This document shows, piece after piece, positions 1 to 7,659 of a DNA stretch of 16,923 nucleotides; positions within the stretch are counted from its first letter, which is position 1, and each line of letters opens with the position of its first letter. The DNA lies in the NCBI GenBank assembly GCA_048941285.1, contig JBHLNS010000062.1, positions 1 to 16,923 of the forward strand, read 5' to 3'. Below the pieces are notes generated by a model. The model was not told the origin of the DNA. It was given only the letters and a program-made list of their open reading frames with translations, and made no database searches. The translations under genes and the position numbers were made by a program. Origin of the DNA: Promethearchaeota archaeon. Lineage in GTDB: Archaea > Asgardarchaeota > Lokiarchaeia > Sigyniarchaeales > SOKP01.

Positions 1-1
1 C

Positions 2-115
2 GCTCTAGTTGGAATTGAAAAACAAAAACCAAATATAATTCCTTTCGGTAATTTTTACCTAATATATCTAGGTATCGCTATAATTGGACTTACAATTTAT
101 AAAAAATATAAATAA
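2..115 (+). CDS. 3' end of a gene running in from the left edge; C-terminal membrane anchor/sorting signal (Loki-CTERM/PGF-CTERM-like)
   Basis: Manual translation from position 2: ALVGIEKQKPNIIPFGNFYLIYLGIAIIGLTIYKKYK*, stop TAA 113-115. Tripartite layout of IPFG motif, hydrophobic helix and basic tail. Not in the ORF track because it is truncated. Confidence 0.8.
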   Translation, partial: ALVGIEKQKPNIIPFGNFYLIYLGIAIIGLTIYKKYK

Positions 116-184
116 ATTTTCTACATTCTATTTCTAATCTAATAGTATTAAATTTCATAAAAATATAATAAGAGAGTATTAAAA

Positions 185-406
185 ATGGTAAATATTAAAA
201 AGTGGGAAGAAGGAGAACATTGGGTTGAAATTGATTTGGATAAATGCATTGGTGCAGAAGACTGTATTAATGCATGCCCTGTTGAGGTCTATGAATTAGT
301 AGATGGTAAAGTCATAGCAGAAAATATTGGTGAGTGCACTGATTGCATGGCTTGTCAAGATGTATGCCCAACCAACGCAATTTTACGACATTCAGCTTGG
401 GAGTAA
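185..406 (+). CDS. Small dicluster ferredoxin, probably [3Fe-4S][4Fe-4S]
   Basis: 73 aa, acidic. Motifs CIGAEDCINACP (second Cys replaced by Ala) and CTDCMACQDVCP. Confidence 0.92.
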   Translation: MVNIKKWEEGEHWVEIDLDKCIGAEDCINACPVEVYELVDGKVIAENIGECTDCMACQDVCPTNAILRHSAWE

Positions 407-428
407 TGAAAACTCACCTCACACACTC

Positions 429-474
429 GTTTAATTCAAGGATTTTCATAGGAATTAAACCTTTAATTTTCTTT
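429..474 (+). terminator. Hairpin plus T-rich tract between convergent genes
   Basis: GTTTAATTC (429-437) is the exact reverse complement of GAATTAAAC (452-460), followed by CTTTAATTTTCTTT. Confidence 0.5.
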
Positions 475-520
475 GGGAATGTCAATAAGATTTAATTGAA
501 ATAAAAATTATTTAAAAAAT

Positions 521-778
521 TCAATCAGAGCCAAATTGTTTATCTAAGTCAATTACTAATGGAACTTCTTTCTCATCTTTCATGACTACTACTTTTAATA
601 CACCATTCTCAATTTTTGCACTCACAGGCTCAATCTTCGATGTCTTTCCCTTCGCTGTGGATTTTAAACAGGTCTGCATCTCGTTATAAAGATAACATTT
701 AGTGCAACAAAATCCGACCGGCATATACCCGATTATTGAACATTGGTCATATCCATCGCAATTACAACTATTACACAT
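521..778 (-). CDS. Small Cys-rich hypothetical protein (~85 aa) with Hsp20-like C-terminal beta-hairpin motif
   Basis: Eight Cys in the first 37 residues (CNSCNC..C..CCTKC..C) and SAKIENGVLKVVVMK near the C-terminus. ATG at 778 preferred over GTG at 790 because AGTGA sits at RBS distance upstream of it. Confidence 0.75.
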   Translation of the reverse strand: MCNSCNCDGYDQCSIIGYMPVGFCCTKCYLYNEMQTCLKSTAKGKTSKIEPVSAKIENGVLKVVVMKDEKEVPLVIDLDKQFGSD

Positions 779-893
779 TTTTTTTATCACTTCTTATAAA
801 TTATATATTAATTTTTTATAAAACTTCTGATATTATTAATTATAATTTATCATTAAAATATAATTATCACTTTTCATATTTAAATATTACCGC

Positions 894-956
894 TTTTCGA
901 CATTTAATGTTTCGAAAACGATATTTAGTGAAAAAATCGATCATGTAATGTCGATT
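894..956. promoter_or_regulatory. Two related operator-like inverted repeats
   Basis: TTTTCGA-N11-TCGAAAA (894-918) and AATCGA-N10-TCGATT (935-956), both containing CAT(T/G)TAATGT. They lie in the divergent intergenic region. Confidence 0.4.
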
Positions 957-1289
957 ATCAAAGCTCTGTGCTAGATTTTGATCATCTATAGTGTAAAAAG
1001 GATTTTTTATTCGAAGTTGATAACAAAGATTATTGAAATGGATCAAAGTTATTTTTATAATCGATCGTGAAAACTTTGACTAAAAGAATTAAACAATCTC
1101 GAGGATTTTTGATCACTTTGAATCACCAACTATATTTTTTATTCAATATTTCAATAAAGAGCGGGCAAAAAAAGGCATATATTAAAAGAAATTTATGAGA
1201 ATTGAAATTAAGTGGTTGAAATCTAACTTATTAATTATGATTTTGATAACCTAAAACTAATTTAAACGATTTGGTTATTGAAATTTTCT

Positions 1290-1305
1290 AAAAAATTTAT
1301 TAAAT
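1290..1305 (+). promoter_or_regulatory. Putative archaeal BRE/TATA promoter for the hdr cluster
   Basis: AAAAAA followed by TTTATTAA (1296-1303), about 50 nt upstream of the hdrC ATG. Confidence 0.45.
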
Positions 1306-1355
1306 CTCCATTATTTTCCTAACCAACTAGGTCGGATAATAAAAAACTTTTAGAC

Positions 1356-1853
1356 ATGTCTGTAATAAATTTTAAGTTTCGAAATGAGGTATTAAAACAT
1401 AATGCTTCTTTAAGCTACTGCTATCAATGTAGTACTTGTAGTGGCGGATGCCCTGTTGCTCTAATAACTCAAGGAAGTTATAATCCCAGAAAAATAATTG
1501 AAGAAGCTATTTTAGGTTTAGAAGATAAGTTGGTAGAAAAGCAGGATCCTAATCCTTGGCTTTGTTCAACTTGTCAAACTTGTGTTGAGCTATGTCCTCA
1601 AAAAGTCGAGATTACCGAAATTTTTACGTTAATAAAAAATAAGTGTTTCGATACTGGCAAAGTCCCTGAAGCTTTTGTTTCACAAGGGAGAGCTGTTTTA
1701 GAAAATGGAGTTGCACTTCCATACTCCAAAGCTATTATAACTAGGCGGGAGAAATTAGGACTTCCTTCGATAAAGACTGCTTCTGTTGATGAAATAAAAA
1801 AGATATTAAAAGAAACTAATTTTGAAACCAAAATTCCAAAGGAGGGAGCGTAA
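1356..1853 (+). CDS. hdrC: Heterodisulfide reductase subunit C
   Basis: Two [4Fe-4S] motifs, CYQCSTCSGGCP and WLCSTCQTCVELCP; C-terminal RREKLGLP; directly upstream of hdrB. Confidence 0.93.
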   Translation: MSVINFKFRNEVLKHNASLSYCYQCSTCSGGCPVALITQGSYNPRKIIEEAILGLEDKLVEKQDPNPWLCSTCQTCVELCPQKVEITEIFTLIKNKCFDTGKVPEAFVSQGRAVLENGVALPYSKAIITRREKLGLPSIKTASVDEIKKILKETNFETKIPKEGA

Positions 1854-1856
1854 ATT

Positions 1857-2720
1857 ATGTCATTTGATTTATTTTTAGGTTGTGTGATTCCTGCTAGACT
1901 TCCATTTTTAGAAGCATCTTCAAGAAAGGTATTTGAGAAGCTTGGTTTTAAACTTAATGATGTTTCAGGATTTTCTTGTTGTCCAGACCCAACAGGAATA
2001 GAACTTATAGATCATAAAACTTGGTTAGCTTTAGGAGCAAGAAATTTAAGTCTATCAAATAATAATGGTGGAATTATCTCGTTTTGTTCTGGTTGTGTTG
2101 AAACACTAAAAGGGGTAAATTACTTTATTAATAAAGATCATGAAGTAAAAGATGATGTAAATAGAATTCTAGAAAAAGTAGGAAAAAAATATGACGGAAC
2201 TACGGATGTGAAGCATTTTGCTCAAGTTCTGTATGAAAATCTTGATAAAGTGAGAGAAAATGTAGTTCACCCTTTAAATGGGTTTAGAGTAGCAGTTCAT
2301 TATGGATGCCACTATTTAAGACCTTCCGAAATTATTAATTGGGATGATCCTTTTAATCCTGTGACTATTGATGAAATAGTAAAAGCATTAGGGGCAGATA
2401 CCATAGATTATGAGATGAAAATGGAATGTTGCGGAAATCCACTTGATAAATCAGATAAAGAAATTTCTCTTCAAATGATTGGCAATAAATTCGAATCAAT
2501 TCAAGAATCTGGGGCGAACTGTGTTACTTTAGTATGCCCTGCTTGCTTTCAACAGTTTGATTTCAATCAGAAAGAATTAAGTAAAGAGAAAGAAGTTAAT
2601 TATGATTTCCCTGTTTTTTACCTCTCCGAATTAGTAGCTCTTGCATTTGGATTTAAGCCTGAGGAATTAGGATTGAATTTTCATCGCGTTCGGGCTACAA
2701 AATTATTAGAAGGATTTTAA
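1857..2720 (+). CDS. hdrB: Heterodisulfide reductase subunit B (two CCG domains)
   Basis: FLGC..SCCP..CSGC and HYGCH..ECCG..CPACFQQFD non-cubane cluster motifs; C-terminal GLNFH. Confidence 0.95.
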   Translation: MSFDLFLGCVIPARLPFLEASSRKVFEKLGFKLNDVSGFSCCPDPTGIELIDHKTWLALGARNLSLSNNNGGIISFCSGCVETLKGVNYFINKDHEVKDDVNRILEKVGKKYDGTTDVKHFAQVLYENLDKVRENVVHPLNGFRVAVHYGCHYLRPSEIINWDDPFNPVTIDEIVKALGADTIDYEMKMECCGNPLDKSDKEISLQMIGNKFESIQESGANCVTLVCPACFQQFDFNQKELSKEKEVNYDFPVFYLSELVALAFGFKPEELGLNFHRVRATKLLEGF

Positions 2721-2730
2721 AATTACAATT

Positions 2731-2746
2731 GAAAGATTTATTAAAT
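2731..2746 (+). promoter_or_regulatory. Putative internal BRE/TATA promoter
   Basis: GAAAGA-TTTATTAA about 30 nt upstream of ATG 2776. ATTTATTAAAT is identical to 1295-1305. Confidence 0.45.
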
Positions 2747-2775
2747 TTAAAAATTAAAAAAAGATTTGGAAAAAA

Positions 2776-3870
2776 ATGGGATTAGCAGATAAAAAAACAT
2801 TCGAAAATTTAAAGAGCGATGTAATCTCAGTTAATAGATGTTGTGCTTGCGGTGCTTGTATCGCATATTGTGAGAATCAAGCATTTAATGTTATTGAGAT
2901 GGATAATTATACCCCAAAGTTCAAGACAGATAAAAGTGTAGAGAATTGTAAGGAATGTGGGTATTGTTATTATATTTGTCCTCAAACTGAACCTTTATTA
3001 CAAAAATTAAAAGAAACTCACCTCGTTAAAGATGAACTTGGGAACATAATTGATATCTTTGCTGCGAAGACTACAAATAACAAATTACAAGAGGTTGGAC
3101 AAGATGGTGGTATTGTTTCGACAATCTTAACATATTTGTTTGATACTAATAATATTGACGCAGCAATAGTATCTGAATATGATGAGAATTTTAAACCTAT
3201 ACCCAAAATAATATATAGTAAGAATGAATTAGCGAAATCTGCAGGTACAAGATATTCAATATCATCTAATATCTTGCCTTTAAAGGATTTAACCCAAGTT
3301 GCAGAAGAAATAATATCTCATAAGAAAAGAATTTATGATAGTGATCAATTACGTATTGCATTTGTAGGAACACCTTGCCAATGTAGGGCAATTAGTAAAA
3401 TGAAACTTTTGCATATCAAACCTGCACATGTTATAAGTGTTGTAATTGGTTTGTTTTGTTTTGAAAATTTTGAATATAACAAATTGATTGAAATTTTGAC
3501 CTCTAAAACACAGATTAACCCTTCAAATATCAAAAAAACAAATATAAAGAAGAATTTTTTTGTTACATCAAAAGATAATGCTGTTAAAGAAGTTAATATT
3601 AAAGATCTTGACGAAGCGGTTAGAAATCATTGCCATGAATGTGATGAATTTGTAGGCAGGTTTTCAGATCTTAGTATTGGAGCATCCGGAGCCCCTAATG
3701 GTTATTCGATGATCCTTACTCGAACTGAAAAGGGTCGGAGTTTAATAGATTCACTACTCGCGACAGGCTATATTGAAAGGTATATTATCCCTGCCGATCA
3801 GATTTCAGAATGGCGACCAAAAAAAATTAATTGGTTAAAAAAAATGACTTCACTAAAAGTAAAGAAATAA
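2776..3870 (+). CDS. F420 hydrogenase/dehydrogenase beta-subunit family protein with N-terminal 2x[4Fe-4S] domain (FrhB/FpoF-like), copy 1
   Basis: CCACGACIAYC and CKECGYCYYICP, then FrhB motifs QDGGIVS, GTRY, VGTPCQ, IGLFCFENF, CHEC..SDLSIG. Confidence 0.9.
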   Translation: MGLADKKTFENLKSDVISVNRCCACGACIAYCENQAFNVIEMDNYTPKFKTDKSVENCKECGYCYYICPQTEPLLQKLKETHLVKDELGNIIDIFAAKTTNNKLQEVGQDGGIVSTILTYLFDTNNIDAAIVSEYDENFKPIPKIIYSKNELAKSAGTRYSISSNILPLKDLTQVAEEIISHKKRIYDSDQLRIAFVGTPCQCRAISKMKLLHIKPAHVISVVIGLFCFENFEYNKLIEILTSKTQINPSNIKKTNIKKNFFVTSKDNAVKEVNIKDLDEAVRNHCHECDEFVGRFSDLSIGASGAPNGYSMILTRTEKGRSLIDSLLATGYIERYIIPADQISEWRPKKINWLKKMTSLKVKK

Positions 3871-3887
3871 ATAAAATGGTGATTTGA

Positions 3888-5192
3888 ATGGTAGAAAACA
3901 TTAAAAGTGCTCTTGTTATTGGAGCAGGTATAGCAGGAATTCAAGCAGCTTTGGATTTAGGTGATATGGGAATAAAAGTTCACTTAATAGAAAAAAATCC
4001 TGTAATTGGAGGAAAAATGGCACAATTAGATAAGACATTTCCCACTTTGGATTGTTCAATTTGTATTTTAGCACCAAAACTGTCTGAATGTTATAGACAT
4101 CCAAATATAAGTCTTTATACTCTATCAGAAGTACAGAAGATAGAGGGTAAAAGTGGGGATTTTACAGTTGAAATCTTAAAACGAGCTCGTTATGTAAAGG
4201 AGGAGGTATGCACAAATTGTGGTGATTGTGCTAAAATTTGCCCAGTCCGAGGAGTTCCAAATTACTTTGATGCCAATTTGAAAAATATGGCAGCAGCGTA
4301 TATTCCTTTTCCTTCAGCAGTCCCTCCTGTCCATATTATTGATAAAAATTCATGTGTTTATTTAAATTATGGTATTTGTGGCTTGTGTGCTACGAATTGT
4401 GGTGCAGAAGCAATAGATTTTACTCAAAAAGATGAGATCTTAGAAATAGATAACGTTGGCGTCATAATTGTTGCACCGGGTTATGGTTTGATGGAGGATG
4501 TTAATCCTCTTACAAAATATGGTTATAAGAAATATAGAAATGTAGTAACTTCCTTAGAATTTGAAAGATTAATTTGTGCTTCTGGACCGCTTGAGGGGCA
4601 CTTAAAGAGGTTATCTGATGGTGTAGATCCCAAAAGGATTGCTTTTCTGCAATGTATTGGTTCTCGCTCCGACAGAGATCAAAAATATTGTTCTTCTATT
4701 TGCTGTATGTATTGTACAAAGGCAGCAATGATAGCGTATGAACATAACAATGATTTAGAATCATACGTATTTTACATTGATATGAGAGCGGGAGGGAAAG
4801 GATTTCAATCGTTTCTCCATAGAGGAGCTGATGAATATAATATTAAATATATTAAAAGCAAAGTTGCTCATATTGATATCGATGAGGATGAAAGTCCGAT
4901 TATAACTTATGAAGATTATGATACATCTAAAATTAAACAGATGAAAGTAGATCTAGCTGTTTTAGCAACATGCATTATTCCTTCTCAAGGGATTGAAAAA
5001 TTAGCAGAAGCGTTAGGAATCGAGTTAAATGAATATAATTTTATAAAAACTGATCCATTTTTTCCAGTAGAAACGAGTGTAGAAGGTATTTTCACATGTG
5101 GTTGTGCCCGTGAACCAATGGATATCCCTCGTTCTGTTGCTGAGGCGAGTGGGGCAGCGGCAAGAGCAGCGGAAGTAATTAAAGGAGGATAA
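3888..5192 (+). CDS. hdrA: HdrA-family flavoprotein, first half of a split double HdrA (FAD domain with inserted ferredoxin, no N- or C-terminal Fe-S domains)
   Basis: Starts at GAGIAGIQAALDL; MAQLDKTFPTLDCSIC; CTNCGDCAKICP; CIGSR..YCSSICCMY; ends after DIPRSVAEASGAAA. GGTGA RBS. Confidence 0.9.
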   Translation: MVENIKSALVIGAGIAGIQAALDLGDMGIKVHLIEKNPVIGGKMAQLDKTFPTLDCSICILAPKLSECYRHPNISLYTLSEVQKIEGKSGDFTVEILKRARYVKEEVCTNCGDCAKICPVRGVPNYFDANLKNMAAAYIPFPSAVPPVHIIDKNSCVYLNYGICGLCATNCGAEAIDFTQKDEILEIDNVGVIIVAPGYGLMEDVNPLTKYGYKKYRNVVTSLEFERLICASGPLEGHLKRLSDGVDPKRIAFLQCIGSRSDRDQKYCSSICCMYCTKAAMIAYEHNNDLESYVFYIDMRAGGKGFQSFLHRGADEYNIKYIKSKVAHIDIDEDESPIITYEDYDTSKIKQMKVDLAVLATCIIPSQGIEKLAEALGIELNEYNFIKTDPFFPVETSVEGIFTCGCAREPMDIPRSVAEASGAAARAAEVIKGG

Positions 5193-5199
5193 AGAAAAA

Positions 5200-6882
5200 A
5201 TGTCTAAAAAGTTAGAAGAGGAACCCCGAATAGGAGTCTTTGTTTGTAGTTGTGGAAGTAATATAGGTGGGTTAATAGATGTTAAAGAAGTTGCAGAATT
5301 TGCGAAAACTTTACCCTATGTTGTATTTACTGAGGATAATTTATATACATGCTCAGAAACAGGATTAGCCCAGATTAAAAATGGGATTAAAGAACACAAT
5401 TTGAATCGCGTGGTAGTTGCTTCATGCACTCCAAGAACTCACGAACCTCTCTTTCGTGATTGTATTAAGGATGAGGGTTTAAACGAGTATCTCTTTCAAT
5501 TTGTAAATATTCGTGATCAGTGTACATGGGTTCATATGAAATACCCTAGAGAAGCTCTTGAAAAAGCAAAAGAGGTAATTAGAATGGGAGTGGCAAAAGC
5601 CGCCAAACTTGAAGCACTTGAAAATATTGTTGTTGATGCAACTCGAACTGCAATGGTTATAGGTGGAGGAGTTGCTGGAATGACTGCTGCCCTTAGTTTA
5701 GCTAATCAAGGATTTGAGACTCATTTGGTAGAAAAAACGAATGAATTAGGTGGAAAGCTTAATATTATTAATAAGTTATTCCCTACAAGCCAAGATGCCT
5801 CAGAACTATTAGCTAGTTTGAAGAAAAGAGTGGATAGTAATCCTAACTTAACGGTATATACTTCAGCTAAAGTAAAGAACATTGGAGGATTTGTGGGTAA
5901 TTATGAAGTTGAAGTAGATCAAAATGGAAAAAGTATTGATTTAACAATAGGAGTTATCATAGTTGCTGTTGGAGCGTCTCTGCTAACCCCAACAGGAAAA
6001 TTTGGTTATGATGGTAATATTAGAATTACTCAATATGAATTAGAAAATAAATTAAGAAATAATAGAGTTAATGCTAAAGAAATCGTAATGATACAATGTG
6101 TTGGTGCTCGTAATGACGAGAGAGTATACTGCTCAAATGTATGTTGTATGACTGCATTAAAAAATGCCTTAATTATTCAAGAGAAAAATCCCGAAGCAAA
6201 TATAACAATCTTATTTAGAGATTTATATACTCCTGGAACTTATTATGAAAATTATTATAGAAGAGCAAGAGAAGCAGGCATTGTATTTTTGAGTTATAAA
6301 CTCGACAACGAGCCAATTGTAGGGGAGAATTCAATTAAAGTATTCAATGAATATATTGGAGAAGAGATAAGTATTCCTTACGATCTACTTGTGTTATCAA
6401 CACCACTAATCGCTAACGATGATAATAAGGAACTAGCTCAAATGCTTAAAGTCCCTTTAGAAGAAAACAAATTCTTTTTAGAAGCTCATGTAAAATTGCG
6501 CCCAATGGATTTTGCTACTGATGGTGTATTTATATGTGGGGCAGCAAAATGGCCTGTAGATATTACAGAATCCATAACTCAAGGATATGCAGCCGCCTCA
6601 AGGGCAAGTAGAATTATCTCTCATGATACGATAGAAGTAGAAGGTGCTACATCATTTCTCCCCGAATATAATAAAAATCTATGTTCTGGATGTGAAGTTT
6701 GCGTAACCATATGTCCATATAAAGCTATAAGCAAGAATGAAGATGACGAAATTGAGATAACGCAAGTGCTTTGTAAGGGTTGTGGAGTATGTGGTGCTAC
6801 TTGTACAAATCATGCAATAATTATCAGACATTTCACAGACGAGCAAATATTGTCTGAAATTTATGCTTTTGGAGGTAAATAA
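5200..6882 (+). CDS. hdrA: HdrA-family flavoprotein, second half (N-terminal Fe-S domain, FAD domain, C-terminal ferredoxin)
   Basis: RIGVFVCSCGSNI, ASCTPRTHE, NIRDQCTWVH, GGGVAG, CVGAR..YCSNVCC, CSGCEVCVTICP, CKGCGVCGATC. GGAGG RBS at 5184-5188. Confidence 0.9.
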   Translation: MSKKLEEEPRIGVFVCSCGSNIGGLIDVKEVAEFAKTLPYVVFTEDNLYTCSETGLAQIKNGIKEHNLNRVVVASCTPRTHEPLFRDCIKDEGLNEYLFQFVNIRDQCTWVHMKYPREALEKAKEVIRMGVAKAAKLEALENIVVDATRTAMVIGGGVAGMTAALSLANQGFETHLVEKTNELGGKLNIINKLFPTSQDASELLASLKKRVDSNPNLTVYTSAKVKNIGGFVGNYEVEVDQNGKSIDLTIGVIIVAVGASLLTPTGKFGYDGNIRITQYELENKLRNNRVNAKEIVMIQCVGARNDERVYCSNVCCMTALKNALIIQEKNPEANITILFRDLYTPGTYYENYYRRAREAGIVFLSYKLDNEPIVGENSIKVFNEYIGEEISIPYDLLVLSTPLIANDDNKELAQMLKVPLEENKFFLEAHVKLRPMDFATDGVFICGAAKWPVDITESITQGYAAASRASRIISHDTIEVEGATSFLPEYNKNLCSGCEVCVTICPYKAISKNEDDEIEITQVLCKGCGVCGATCTNHAIIIRHFTDEQILSEIYAFGGK

Positions 6883-6886
6883 TAAT

Positions 6887-7648
6887 ATGAGTTTTGAACC
6901 GAAAATTTTAGGATTCTTATGTAATTGGTGCTCCTATGCGGGAGCAGATTTAGCGGGAGTTAGTAGAATGCAGTACCCACCAAACATTAGGGTAATAAGA
7001 GTTATGTGTAGTGGGCGAGTAGACCCCAAATTTATTTTTGAAGCACTCCGAGTTGGAGCTGATGGAGTGATTGTTTTAGGATGCCACTTAGGAGATTGCC
7101 ATTATCTTGAGGGTAATTATGAAGCTGAAAAGAAATTTGATATGGTTAAAAAATTCTTAAAACTCATTGATTTTGATAATAGAGTAAGACTTGATTGGGT
7201 GTCTGCTTCAGAAGGAGCTAGATATGCCTCAGTTATTACAGAATTTACAAATCATATAAAATCATTAGGTCCATCTCCTGCTGGAGGAGATAATCCTGAT
7301 AAAAAAATACTTGAAAAATTAAGAGCCATTGAAGAAGCTGCTGGAAGTGATCGAATGAGAGCACTAGTAGGTAGGGAGAGAAAGATTATAGACCAAGAAA
7401 ATGTTTATGGAGAAAAAGTACCCATTGAAAAGTTTAATGAGATTTTTGAATCAGCAATTATTGAAGAATATGAGAGACATAGAATCTTAGTTTCTTTAGA
7501 AGAAGATTCAAAGTCTATTAAGGATTTAGCTCATGAATTAAAAATAGATCCAAGTATTGTTCTGGGACATATGGTAACTTTAAAAAGTCGAGGCCAAGTT
7601 GACTTTGGAGAATTTATTGGAATTACACCAATGTTTTATAAAATGTAG
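6887..7648 (+). CDS. mvhD: MvhD-family [2Fe-2S] protein with ~120-aa C-terminal extension ending in a winged-helix-like domain
   Basis: FLCNWCSYAGAD, RVMCSGRV, GCHLGDCHY. Start moved from 6863 to 6887 (MSFEPK) because GGAGGT lies at 6871-6876 and the paralog aligns from EPK. Confidence 0.9.
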   Translation: MSFEPKILGFLCNWCSYAGADLAGVSRMQYPPNIRVIRVMCSGRVDPKFIFEALRVGADGVIVLGCHLGDCHYLEGNYEAEKKFDMVKKFLKLIDFDNRVRLDWVSASEGARYASVITEFTNHIKSLGPSPAGGDNPDKKILEKLRAIEEAAGSDRMRALVGRERKIIDQENVYGEKVPIEKFNEIFESAIIEEYERHRILVSLEEDSKSIKDLAHELKIDPSIVLGHMVTLKSRGQVDFGEFIGITPMFYKM

Positions 7649-7659
7649 AGGGAAAAAAA

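Noticed and set aside
401-523. SECIS element or Sec readthrough (ATGA..GA after the ferredoxin; TGA stop at 521-523)
   Set aside because: No helix supports a SECIS fold, the ferredoxin has no in-frame TGA, and readthrough at 521 would add only three more residues before TAA.
736-948. 70-aa + strand ORF in the track
   Set aside because: Low-complexity Y/N/I/F/L translation of AT-rich promoter DNA, overlapping the start of the minus-strand gene; likely spurious.
1032-1284. ATTGAAAT copies resembling CRISPR repeat ends
   Set aside because: The upstream 20-25 nt are not conserved, spacing is irregular (169 and 76 bp) and there are no cas genes.
5180-5205. Programmed frameshift or pseudogene break between the two hdrA halves
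   Set aside because: Clean TAA, own RBS and ATG, both halves intact and the linker is shorter than in the fused paralog; better explained as a true split.
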